This document shows positions 1 through 11,533 of a stretch of DNA of 64,000 nt, piece by piece. Under the pieces are notes generated by a model. The model did no database searches. It was not told the origin of the DNA and was given only the letters and a program-made list of their open reading frames with translations. Source of the stretch: Octopus vulgaris (taxonomy: Eukaryota); contig OX597815.1 of NCBI GenBank assembly GCA_951406725.2, forward strand, positions 124,620,001-124,684,000, given 5' to 3'. The stretch's first letter is position 1, and every line of letters starts with the position of its first letter. Made by a program: the position numbers and the translations under genes.

Positions 1-223
1 GTTAAACTAATGGGAAACAGGGCTTAGTTTAATATCAATAAGTTGCGGCGTAGCAACGACCAGTGAAATGAATGAATTCAGGTGGAAGTAGCTGATAGTC
101 AACAGGTTCAGTGGAGCAGAAATAGCTATAACAATGACAGCTACAGAAGTAGAGTTGGTACAAATCAGCGGTGGAAATATAGGTTGGAGTGCGTTCCTGA
201 ACAAGGGGTTGCCAGAAAGCAAC

Positions 224-326
<103 letters not shown>

Positions 327-391
327 GCGTATTTTGAGAGTGAACTGTCTCAAAAAATGATCAGCTTACTAATATGACCTTTTGCACTGGG

Positions 392-1523
392 AAAGAAATT
401 AAACCTTTAAAATGAGTGTAGTTCTTTTGTGGGCTTACTAGATTCACTAAGATCTGACATTTATAGACAATATAGTGGGTGTTAGTGCGTGTTGCTCGTG
501 GGTATTTTAAAGAATGTCATGGTTATATTTTATGGAGAAGCTACGTGTCTGAGTATTTCTGTACGTAAATGAGACCGGGCTATCGTGTGCATATTGCAGA
601 ATGTTCTCAATATTTTTGGGGCTTTAGAAAATGTGTTGACAAGTAGTGCTCTGGTTGCGTGTTGGTATGGTATGCATAAAAAGGAAGGAGAGTGCAGTGT
701 GGCGTGATTTATATAATGACATATGAAGTATGTGGTACGGCATACCGCATACATCATTAAATGTTGAAAAGAGAGAGGCTTGGGTAACATTACTGCTCAC
801 TGCGACAACCGGGCTAAGACCTAATTTTGTGTCTGATATAGGGGAACAGGATTCCATACACCACAATCATACTCTTTAATTAGAGAAGATATGAAATATA
901 AAAAGCAGTTCTTTGTAATTAATTTTATTCCTTTCTCCATACTGTCAATATATATATATAGGAGAAACAGTGACAGTGTGTGATGTTTGAGTGTTAGTTT
1001 TTCTACCTTGTTATCGAAAATGAAGTAAAATGGTTGCAACAACAGCAATTAAGAACGGAGATGCAGACACTGTGAGACACAGACACTGTGAGACACAGAC
1101 ACTGTGAGACACAGACACTGTGAGACACAGACACTGTGAGACACAGACATGGCAAATGCAGAAGAGAATTAAGAACCGGTTAAGTAGATGATAGAGCACA
1201 ACTATATATGCATGTTTATGAAGGAGAGAAACTTCTGGCCCAGTCTTACATGCTCAGGTTACAAGTTGTACAGGCAAGATTGTATCAATCTAACATCAAA
1301 TTTCAGCCATTATTAAGATAAAATGAAACTTTATTTCAACAAATTATTTATAATTTAGGGTCATATTTTATTTGAATTTCTCATGATTGTTCATCTTAGA
1401 GACTTAATCATACTCACGAGCAACACGCACTAACACCCACTATATTGTCTATAAATGTCAGATCTTAGTGAATCTAGTAAGCCCACAAAAGAACTACACT
1501 CATTTTAAAGGTTTAATTTCTTT
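392..1523. repeat. perfect 109-bp inverted repeat pair (392-500 and 1415-1523)
   Basis: 1415-1523 (cacgagcaac...aatttcttt) is the exact reverse complement of 392-500, checked base by base. Confidence 0.95.
1065..1149. repeat. 16-bp minisatellite (agacactgtgagacac), about 5 copies
   Basis: Tandem units are directly visible. Confidence 0.9.
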
Positions 1524-1532
1524 GCGTATTCT

Positions 1533-2020
1533 TTGAAATCGATACAAGACTATTGCAAACTGATAAAGGCACTTTCATCACAAGCTATATTGGTTTTAGA
1601 TGATTTAAACATTGAACACCAAACTATCACCAAAGTAGATGGACTTACTATCAAACGGATGACGCGTGTGTCAACCATCATATTTATCCGCGACTTAGGT
1701 CAATTATTTTTAATGGAATATGTGCACAGAACGCAACATCTGAGAGAGCTGCATCATGACTGTCTAACTGTGAGAAGATTCGCTTCGAATTTCGATTAGA
1801 GAGGTTTCAGTTTATTTAAGTTTCTTCAAAACTGAGTCAACGGAAAGGAGTTACAAATAGATGAAATCTCCAAGCGGTTTAAATGCACAAGTCTCTGGTG
1901 GCTAAACCGCATTAGCAGAAGGGTATCCAGAAGTCATGGCTTGGATGCGACCTGATCTCCTTAGAGTGTAAGACGTTAAGGGCCGAAACACTTGCCTAAG
2001 TGGAGTTACTTCTCCAGAGA
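1533..2020 (+). mobile_element. possible highly decayed LINE fragment (APE endonuclease-like)
   Basis: ILVLDDLNIEH resembles the APE motif hhhGDFN; there is little other support. Confidence 0.2.
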
Positions 2021-2046
2021 CCTGAATACACACGCGCGCGCGCACA

Positions 2047-2099
<53 letters not shown>

Positions 2100-2463
2100 A
2101 CACACATTAATGTTCGTTTTTATGTTCAGTCGTAGTAAACCAGAATGCTTGTCTACGAAGGAGCGCGAGAAAAAGCGAGAAGGTTTATGTAAAAAAGAGG
2201 AACGAGAAGGTAAATGGTAAATAAAAACGGAAAAAAGAAAGGAAAAATAAACGATCAAGATTTGCAGCCCCTTTGTTCGTAGCAATCATAATAAATTTAA
2301 CTGGCGCGAATCCCAAAGTCTGCGACAGAGTTGCTCAATCCGGAGAGGATGACACGAGGCACGTTACGTAAATATGCCGAATTATCATTTCTCCATGCCA
2401 TGAAAGTATCTTACACACATACACATACACGTGCACGCGCACACACACATACATATATATATA

Positions 2464-2780
2464 TGTTATAATGTGGATCCTCGTCTACTTTTATGTAATT
2501 GTCGGCACTGTAGTATTCTTGTCGCCACTATTATTTTGTGGAGATATTCCGCATCTTATTATCTTTGACTCATCTATCACGCTATCGCTGACAGCTCTGC
2601 AAGACAATGACTTTGGAAGATCTACCTTGACGGTAACTCGAACTCGCATATATCACGTAACTGACTCCAACTGAGAACTCATGCAACCACTTTACTACTA
2701 CTGACCTCTTACAACGATTGACTGTCTGACTTTATAGTGACCAAATGATACCACTTTGTCACGTGGGAAGGGGAGTAACA
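2464..2780. mobile_element. possible solo LTR
   Basis: Begins TGTTA and ends TAACA (TG...CA, short inverted termini), 317 bp. The TSD is imperfect (tata/tatt). Confidence 0.3.
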
Positions 2781-2817
2781 TATTTGCATTTCATTCAAAT
2801 GAGTTACGGAAGAAATA

Positions 2818-4081
2818 TCAAGTCATCCCATAAGTTCTGTTCGATGTTACCTTTTTTAAAATTGAATGCAATGTAATTGTATTTTAGAATGTCTAATAGA
2901 ATTAAAAATTAGTTTTATGCATTTGTGTACATTCAAACTAATTAGATATTATTTTACAGAGTAATAGAATTAAAATTTCTTTGATTAAAACCCTTTCTAA
3001 CGTGAAAGTATCCAAAGAGCGTTTAAGGCACATAATACTTTATGAGTACAAAAAAGGAAACTGCAGCCGAAGCGACTCGAAACATAATCTCAGTTTCTGG
3101 GAAAGAATGCTTGAATGAAAGAACTTGCAGAAGATGGTTTGCAAAATTCGGAAGTGTAGATTTCAACCTTGAATTTGAAGATCGAACAGGACGTCCAGTT
3201 GAGTTTGATGATAATCTCCTTGGGGCATTACTTGAAGAAAATCCTGCATTATCAGTTGAAGTATAGGCACTAAGGCTTAGTTCAAACCATACAACTGTTC
3301 ATCGTCATCTTCAACAACTTGGAAAGGTTCCTAAACTTGGAAAATGGGTGTCTCATGAATTGTCCGAAAGCAACTGCAAATCTCGAGTTGACATCTGCTC
3401 TTCTCTCCATTCTCGCGAAGTCATTTCATCCTTTTTGGATAGACTTGTGACTGGTGACGAAAAATGGATCTTCTATCGCAATGTTGTAAACAGTGGCTTG
3501 GTAAAAGGGAAAAAGCTCAGCCACAACCGAGAGGGGAACTTCATGGGAAAAAGGTTCTTCGCTCTATCTGATGGGATTGCAAAGGAGTAATTCACTTTGA
3601 ATTGTTACCACCTAATGCAGCAATCAATGCTCAAGTCTACTGTCAGCAATTAGAGCTTTGAAGGGAAAAAGACCCGCTTTAGTGAATCGAAAAGGAATGA
3701 TGTTTTATCAGGACAATGTGCGACCCCACACTACAAAGATCACATCACAGAAGATGGAAGAACTTGGTTGGGAAAAATTCCTCATCCACCTTCTCTCCCG
3801 ACCTCGCTCCTTCAGACTACCATTTGTTTTGTAGTTTACAGAATCATTTGGAGGACATAACTTTCTCAAGCCAGGAGGAGGTCGAAACTGATATTACAGA
3901 GTTCTTCTCTTTGAAACCAAAATAGTTTTACATTGATGGGATTAAAAAGCTTGTAAATAGATAGAAGGAAGTTATAGATAATCAGGGCAAGTACTTTGGT
4001 GATTAAATTTCAATTAAATATAACATTTGATCACTTGTTTTCTTTATTCAAAATTCGGACAGAACTTATGGGATGACCTGA
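2818..4081 (+). mobile_element. mariner (DD34D) transposon, full length, inactive
   Basis: TIRs tcaagtcatcccataagttctgttcga / tcggacagaacttatgggatgacctga, TA target duplication on both sides, 1264 bp. Confidence 0.95.
3002..4006 (+). pseudogene. mariner transposase pseudogene (frameshifts and stops)
   Basis: Motifs WFAKF, WVSHEL (WVPHEL), VTGDEKW, QDNVRPH and SPDLAPSDYHLF are spread over several frames. Confidence 0.93.
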
Positions 4082-4620
4082 TAAATAGCCCCCATCTCTA
4101 CTGCTTCGATGTAAATGGCAGCAATGGAGTCAAAGGTCACGATGCAGAGCAAATGATAGTATATAGACATATATCATAGAATGATAGTATATAGACATAT
4201 ATCAAGTTAGATGGTACTGTCATTTTGCTGCAATTAACAATGTGACTATGAAATCTCGGAGTAAACTCGGAGTGTATATTTACAGACCACCATTAGTGCT
4301 TATGTGATGTATTTTATAGATTGTAGTTTCGCCATACATAAGATTGCTGTTAATCTGATACATGAAGTAATTATAAAATGGCTTTGTCTATTGTGCTTTA
4401 TATTATTCCTCTCTCACCAAAGTCAATTCATATGCCAGCATAATATAATTCGGACATGGATCATAAATGAATATTTATACATTACTAACAGAGGAATTGA
4501 TATCTTATTCCAAACAGCAATTGTTACAGGCTAATGTGAAGTGGGGTGAATTTCAAATTGTCACTTAAAATTCTCTTGCAATTGTTAATATACATATATT
4601 TATGTTCTTCTACAAAAAGG

Positions 4621-4660
4621 CTACTTACCTGCGGCAAACGAAAATAAATAATTAGTAAGA
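4621..4660 (-). promoter_or_regulatory. candidate recursive splice site (branch point, polypyrimidine tract, CAG|GTAAGT)
   Basis: The minus strand reads tcttactaattatttattttcgtttgccgcag|gtaagtag. Confidence 0.35.
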
Positions 4661-5059
4661 TGTATATCATTAAAATAGGAGACAAAGGGACTCAGTAACT
4701 TAGATACAGTACAAGATATTCTGAAATTAATTTTTTAAAAACTGACTTCTTACTAGAGCTTGTCAAATAAGGAAAAGTATTTACCCGGTTATCATAGAAG
4801 TAGATAAAATCAATCTTAGGCGTCGTTCACAAAGGAAAACATAACTGAGACATGTATTTTGACATACCCATTTTGGGATTGATATGCACGTAGCATCATT
4901 TGATATATTTTGTTTCGGCTATTTTGTCTAACTAGTTTTACTCCTTAAGACACGGTAAATATTTTAAGTAATTTTTTAATGTTCTGATAAATTTACAGGT
5001 TTTGCAGTTTATTATTTCATTAACTGATTTAGTTCTTATTAAGGTGTTATATGTGCTGA

Positions 5060-5440
5060 CTTTTTACGTTGGGGTCAACTTTGCATTTTCCTCTTCCATT
5101 TTTCCTTTTAGATTAGATAAAATAAAGTACCAATAAAGTACTAGGGTAAATATAATCGACTGTTCCCTCTCCGCAGAGTTCTGATCGTCTGTTTATATTA
5201 GAAAAACAAAAGCACTAAATGTTTATTTAGAAATTGTATTTAGGGATTGGCAGAAATGTTAATTCTTGTATTATTTGTCCCGGCTCTTTACGTTTTGAGT
5301 TCAAAAGCCGCCTATGTCAAATGTACTTCTCATCCTTTCCGGGATCATAAAATAAAGTAACAGTGAAGAATTGAAGATAGATGTAACAGACGAACTCCTC
5401 CACACCAAATTTCCGGTATTGAGCCGATGTTAGAAAACAT
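5060..5440 (+). mobile_element. two decayed copies of the abundant tRNA-derived SINE
   Basis: Contain the family motifs gagttcaaa (B box), catcctttc.gg, gataaaataagtacc and ggggtcgat in diverged form. Confidence 0.65.
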
Positions 5441-5644
5441 TTATTAAATGATTATCTAAATACTATAATGTTTGCGACCATATTTTCTCAAGTAGCCTAA
5501 TATTATAAATACGAGAATAATTTTGTGGGGATGATATTTATAACAACAACAATAAAGATGATGATAATAGTGCAATATTTATGGCGTTGGTGATTATGAT
5601 GATGATTATGACCGGGATTATAAATAGTCTCTGATTTTGATGAG

Positions 5645-5822
5645 AGAGAATTAGTCAAAACCATCGATCCCTGTACTAATCATAATTTGTTTTATCGATC
5701 CCGAAAGAGTGAAAGACAAAATTGATCTCGGTAGGGGTTTAAACTCAAAGTGTAAAGAGCCGCAAGAACTTCTGCAGCGCATTTTTCCCGATACTCTAAT
5801 GATTCCATCAGCTCACTCCATT
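5645..5822 (-). mobile_element. decayed tRNA-derived SINE
   Basis: tttatcgatcccgaaag...tttaaactca...gattccatcagctc matches the reverse of the family consensus seen at 6647-6920. Confidence 0.7.
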
Positions 5823-5831
5823 TTTTGACTA

Positions 5832-5836
5832 TAATG

Positions 5837-5903
<67 letters not shown>

Positions 5904-5919
5904 TATTAATAATAATAAT
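5832..5919. repeat. (TAA)n microsatellite
   Basis: Directly visible. Confidence 0.95.
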
Positions 5920-6047
5920 ACTTGAATGCAAAGTAGGCGAAGTGAAAGATAAATTTTAAAACATCTCAGTTTATCTGGACTTATAAATTACACGTGTGCG
6001 CACACAGGGTCACTGAGAAACAAACATATTCACACACACAGAATATA

Positions 6048-6232
6048 TATGTATGAATGTATGTATGTATGTATGTATGTATGTATGTATGTATGTATGT
6101 ATGTATGTATGTATGTATGTATATGCATGCATGTATATATGTATGCATGCATGTATGTATGTATGTATGTATGTATGTATGTATGTATGTATGTATGTAT
6201 GTATGTATGTATGTATGTATGTATGTATGTAT
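6048..6232. repeat. (TATG)n microsatellite
   Basis: Directly visible. Confidence 0.95.
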
Positions 6233-6349
6233 ATGTTTTATTATTTCACTCAGGCATAGCGAGATTAATAACCTGGTGTTAGACCTCGATATATACATGC
6301 TTCAGAAAAAAAGAGCTAATCCAGTATAGAGTGTAATAAGAAATTGAAT

Positions 6350-6482
6350 AAATGACAAGGGAATAAGTAGTTATGAATTGGACTTCATTAATTTACAGCT
6401 GTTTCTACTATGAGACACAAAGCACTCATAGTTGAGTGCTTGTGTATCACCTTATAGCTTTGTTGGAGCGTTAAAAGTGAGG
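6350..6482 (-). repeat. short dispersed repeat, Penelope-pLTR/hammerhead-like; inverted sibling at 7640-7790
   Basis: Shares gctccaac.aa..tataaggtgatacacaagcactca ... gaaa.agctgtaa..taatgaa with 7659-7750. Confidence 0.6.
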
Positions 6483-6646
6483 TCCTCTTTTATTTGGGAA
6501 AACATTTTTATACATGGAAAATATAACCGCCGGAAAAATGATAAAATGTAAGAAATGGAAGCTAGAGTTTTGTGGTTAAAAGCTTCCCAGAAATACATAG
6601 ATTTAGATAATTTTTGTGCTTATAAATAGATGTGCATATACAGATA

Positions 6647-6920
6647 TATTTCTTTACTACCCACATTTGGAGGACATAACTTTCTCAAGCCAGGAGGAGG
6701 TCGAAACTGATATTACTGAGGGGACAAACAAGAACAGACAAACGGATTAAGTCGATTACATCGACCCCAGTGCGTAACTGGTACTTATTTAATCGACTCC
6801 GAAAGGATGAAAGGCAAAGTCGACCTCGGCGGAATTTGAATTCAGAATGTAAAGACGGACGAAATACCGCTAAGCGTTTCGTCCGGCGTGTTAACGATTC
6901 TGCCAGCTCGCCGCCTTAGC
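6647..6920 (-). mobile_element. full-length tRNA-derived SINE with a 16-bp TSD
   Basis: Head aggcggcgagctggcagaatcgtta (A box), B-box-like gaattcaaattcc, tail gggtagtaaagaaa. TSD tgtgcatatacagata at 6631-6646 and 6921-6936. Confidence 0.92.
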
Positions 6921-7490
6921 TGTGCATATACAGATAGGCGTAAGATGTACCCCTATATATCTTTCTATACGCATACATAAAATACAGATAGAATATATAT
7001 GTTGATAGACATTATATATATGACAGACCATAACCCAGATATGTGTATAGCTACATACTTCTCTTTTGCCATTGTATTTGCTTGCCTGTTAATTGTCAAT
7101 CTGGTAGAATCCTAACGTGAACAGTTTACGACCTTCTAAAAGTTCTTTTTTTCTGTTTGGCGCGCTCTCTCTCTCTCACTAGATTTTGTATTTTGTCACT
7201 TTCTATCTGTCTCCATTTCCTTTTTCTGTGTCTGGAGTCTTAAGGTCAGTCAAACAATGTGTATGAATACAAATATTTTGTCTATATTTTATGCAAGCGT
7301 ATGAATAGTTATTTATTTATATAGGGGTTCATCATACGCCTATCTGAGCGCGCGCGCACACAGACACACACACATACACAATTATCTAGAGCTACATATT
7401 TCAGGAAGTGGCTTCAAACTCTATACTCCATTTCATAAAAAGTTTTATATTTTCGACGGTAATTTTTTTCCATATGTATATACATATACC

Positions 7491-7582
<92 letters not shown>

Positions 7583-7588
7583 CATATA

Positions 7589-7627
<39 letters not shown>

Positions 7628-7639
7628 GTTTCCCAAATA

Positions 7640-7790
7640 AAATCACTTCACATTTGAAGCTCCAACGAACTTATAAGGTGATACACAAGCACTCAGGTAT
7701 AAGTACATTGGCATCTTGACTTATACCAGAAAGAGCTGTAAGCTAATGAATTTTATGTTATAATTTCTAATTCTCTTGTTATTTATTTCA
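7640..7790 (+). repeat. second copy of the 6350-6482 repeat, between (TG)n arrays
   Basis: Shared core tataaggtgatacacaagcactca and gaaagagctgtaa. Confidence 0.6.
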
Positions 7791-7807
7791 TCTCCATATG
7801 TATATGT

Positions 7808-7873
<66 letters not shown>

Positions 7874-8249
7874 GTGTGTGTATGTGTGTGTGTGTGTGTG
7901 TATAACTGGCTTATAGTTCATAATTTGGAACGTTTTGTAAACCAGAAACTATGTCAGAATATGCAGAACTATATATTTAGCTGTTAGACAAATTCTAACG
8001 TATGACTGATGAAAGTAAATGTGCATCAAATTTTTACATCATAACAAGGGATGTCTGGCAATTTTGCTCGCGGTCATTCTGGCTACGTGCTTCTTTCAGA
8101 CGAAACATGTGCATACCTTAAAAGAAATACAGAAATACAGAGCTCTTTTGTGGGTACAAAACACTAAATGGACGCGCGCGCGAACACACAAATGCAAGTA
8201 AAGAAAATTCATGCGAAATAAGATTGTTACTATTACTTTTAAAAATTCC

Positions 8250-8410
8250 TGCTCTTTACGTTCTGTGTTCAAATCCAACTGACGTCAACTACATTTTTCC
8301 ATCCTTTCGGGGTCGATGAAATAAAGTAACAGTCAATTACTGATGTCCATGATATCGACTAAACATCCTCCCCTCAAAGACTGCTGGGTTTGACCCTAAA
8401 TTAGAAAACA
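8250..8410 (+). mobile_element. decayed tRNA-derived SINE
   Basis: tttacgttctgtgttcaaatcc...catcctttcggggtcgat...ttagaaa. Confidence 0.75.
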
Positions 8411-9289
8411 TTATCAAAGAAATTTTCATTCAAGAATCAAATTTCTTATAGAAATTATATAATAAAATTAACACATAGAAATTATATAATAGAATTAATA
8501 AAATTGCTTGTAATTTCCATTGTTAAGAACTGCATATCAAGTTCTGTAACTTTATATGCCCGCAAAAATAAAGACATTCATTTTTTTCTACACTATTTTT
8601 ACTCTTTTATTGGATTTAGTTAGACTTAAAAGGTTTAGTTGAACAAATCAGTTCTTATTTTGTACCAGGTTCCTATTCTATCACTGCCTTTTCTCTGGAC
8701 CTTTATGTTAAGCAGACATAAAACAAACGTTGTTTATCGATGAGAGACAAAGTCAAGACGCACAAGGGATATATACCCCTATTCGTACACTTGCACACAC
8801 ATTCATGCATGCGCCCGCACGCGTGCACACGCATATGCGACATATGCGACGAGTTTTGTGCTATTACCCTTGAACGAATTTGCTCACAAGACACTGAAAA
8901 TATGCCCTTAATTTGGTTCTTAAACATCCACCATCTGGATTAGGTCGGGATGAGGATTTGTTATATGCTAACAGATGAAAATTCAAATTTTAAGAGAATT
9001 CCAAAAATTTGTAAACTTACAAGCTTTTCATTTTAACTGAATTTAAAGTAATACCAAAACTTCGTGAATTAGAAAAACATTTTCAATTCAGTTCATTTAA
9101 AACTAGATCCAGGTTAGAGTAAGAAGTTTCGTGTTTGTGAGGCTTCAAAGTTTTCGATGTTTATGAATTGAAGCGCTCGGAAGGAAATATTCAATGACTC
9201 TGAACTTTCGGCCAGATCGGGCTTTTGGCCTGGTCAGACTTCCAGCCGGATCTGACTTTCGGTGGAGTCAGTTTATTCAGAGATTTGGA

Positions 9290-9822
9290 TACTGGAAGAT
9301 TTACAGCTAAGCTACTGGATCTGGGAAATGGAAGCATTCAACAAGACAATAATGTAGACATCACTTTTCCAAATGGCAGTGAAATTTTGGACAAAACTGT
9401 AGACGAGTTTATTACCAAGGCTATACATTGGACATGATTTTCAAGATCATGATTAGCTTTGTGAAAGAGCCATACTTGCGCCAAATAGTGAAACTGTCTT
9501 GGTTGTCAATTGGAAACTTATGCAATCAATCAATACTAAGGAAAAAGATTATTTCTCAATTGATACTGATGTGGACCCTCCTACTGAGTTTTTTTATTCT
9601 TTGGATTCTCTTGGAATTCATTCTCATAAATTGACATTGGAGAAAGGAATTCCAGTCATTCTTTTGAGAAATCTGGATCCTCCAAAGCTGTGCAATGGAA
9701 CAAGACTGATTGTCAGGCAAATGCATCCACATCTTTTGGAAGCAACAATTCTCACTGGACAAGGAAAGGGATAAAATGTGTTTATTCCAAGAATTCCACT
9801 GATACCAGCAGACATGCACCTC
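9290..9822 (+). mobile_element. Helitron PIF1-like helicase fragment (pseudogene)
   Basis: LLDLGNG...LCERAILAP...HKLTLEKGIPVILLRNLDPPKLCNGTRLIV...LEATILTGQGKG*NVFIPRIPLIP are classic Helitron RepHel helicase motifs. Confidence 0.92.
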
Positions 9823-10238
9823 GAATTCCACCAGAGATGTCCCTTGAATGCTTTATAATTATTTACAGCAAACAAAGTTTCTTCGGAAATTCCTGTCTCT
9901 CATAAACTAGGTAAGGTAACGTTCGTCACCGACGTCATCACCACTATTATTTTTTGAGCATCTGATAGTTTCAAGCAACTTTCTTTTGCATCATTTGTTG
10001 CATCTTTGGGTTGGTAGGGTGGTGTGTTCTGCATTTCTTTTTTTTTTATTTAGTGGTGGTGGTGGGGTAAGTGATATTGTGTTGTATCAGTATGTTTTGT
10101 TATGGGATTTGGTTTGAGTCTTCTGTTGAATTAGGTTTTGTGTTGTGTTGTTCGTGCAGCACTGGTTGTTTCCTTCTGTCGGGTATCGGCCTTCTATGGC
10201 ACATGCTGTGGGATTTGTTCATTTTGTTTGGTATTTAC

Positions 10239-10304
<66 letters not shown>

Positions 10305-10321
10305 GTTGTTGTTGTTGTTGC

Positions 10322-11222
10322 TATTATTTTCTCTTTATCACAGGTTTTATTGGAGCTCCTGGAATCTTGCATGCGTAGCAGCCTTGCTACCTGCAGCCTA
10401 TGGTACCCTGCTTTTCGTCCTTTTCAGCTATCATAATACTTTCCTGAGACAAGGAAGCAAACCTTTTGTAGCAGGTCTACTGGGTACTATATTGCAATTT
10501 CCTTTATATCCTTCTTGATGCCCTCTGATGCTATTCCCAAAGATCCAACAATAATTGGCATTATCTTCACCTTCTTCATTTTCCATATTCAGGCTATTTT
10601 CTACTTAAGAGGGTTGTATTTATCTATCTTTTCACCTCCCTTCTTGATTATTGATTGGTCAAAAGGTTATTCAACATGAACTGTATAGCATATGTGGTGT
10701 ACCTTGTCCACCATCACTAGGTCTGGTCTGTTATTCTCTTGCACCTGAACTGTTTGGATTCGGAAATCCCAGAGGATTTTGCTAGTCTCCGACTCCGCCA
10801 CTCGTCTTGCCTCTCTCTAGCCCCCACTTTTTGCAGTTTCCAATGTAGCACTTTCGCTACCTGGTCGTGTTGCCACAACTCGTAGTGGTTTTGGACAAGT
10901 CCTGGACATTCATTCGTGATATGGGCAATGGTTTATACCACTCTATTGCGGATGCGACACAGCGGAGACACTTGCTCATTTCCCAGGTGGCCAAAGCTTG
11001 GTTCTGCACTGCCAGTATAGTGCTCTCAGTCTCTTTTTTTTAGAGTTCCTTTCATCAACCAAATCCACCTGATTTTTCCAGCAACGTCTGTTGTGGTTAC
11101 ATGGAATTGTTTGTGTAGTGCCTTCTTGTGTCATTTTTCTTCATGTACTTCTTTCTTTGTTTTCCCTTTTTCTTTTCTCTCAATACTCCCTCGTTCCTAA
11201 CTGTCACTAGCAATGTTTGGGT
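10322..11222 (-). mobile_element. R4/Dong-clade non-LTR retrotransposon 3' fragment (decayed)
   Basis: Minus-strand LKKETESTILAVQNQAL, HITNEC, HDQVA, KILWDFRIQT, NNRPDLVMVDK and PIIVGSLG form the CCHC plus restriction-like endonuclease region. Ends in an (AAT)n tail. Confidence 0.88.
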
Positions 11223-11231
11223 GTATCATTA

Positions 11232-11411
11232 TTATTATTTTCTCTTTATCACAGGTTTTGTTGAAGTTCCTGGAGTCTTGCATGCGTAGCGGGCTTACTG
11301 CCTGCAGCCTGCGGTATCATACTATTTGTTCTTTTCAGCTGTCTAATGCTTTCCTAATTCGTCTGGTCGTACCAAAGAGGTAAGCCTTTTGTAGCAGTTC
11401 TACTGAGAACT
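11232..11411 (-). mobile_element. second R4/Dong 3' end (about 180 bp), related to 10322-10490
   Basis: Diverged duplicate of ttttctctttatcacaggtttt...cttgcatgcgtagc...ccttttgtagcag; flanked by (ATT)n. Confidence 0.8.
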
Positions 11412-11421
11412 TTATTATTAC

Positions 11422-11454
<33 letters not shown>

Positions 11455-11533
11455 TTTTTTTTTCTTCTTTCAAATTTGCTTCCATTTCTTGCCGAGTGTC
11501 TTCCCGACTCCTAGGGCAAAGAAACTCATAGTA

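Noticed and set aside
392-1523. Mutator/foldback transposon with 109-bp TIRs
   Set aside because: No TSD (tgcactggg vs gcgtattct), no typical termini and no transposase; better explained as an inverted templated copy.
4152-4204. 28-bp tandem duplication (a similar 27-bp one at about 8449-8498)
   Set aside because: Ordinary local slippage duplications.
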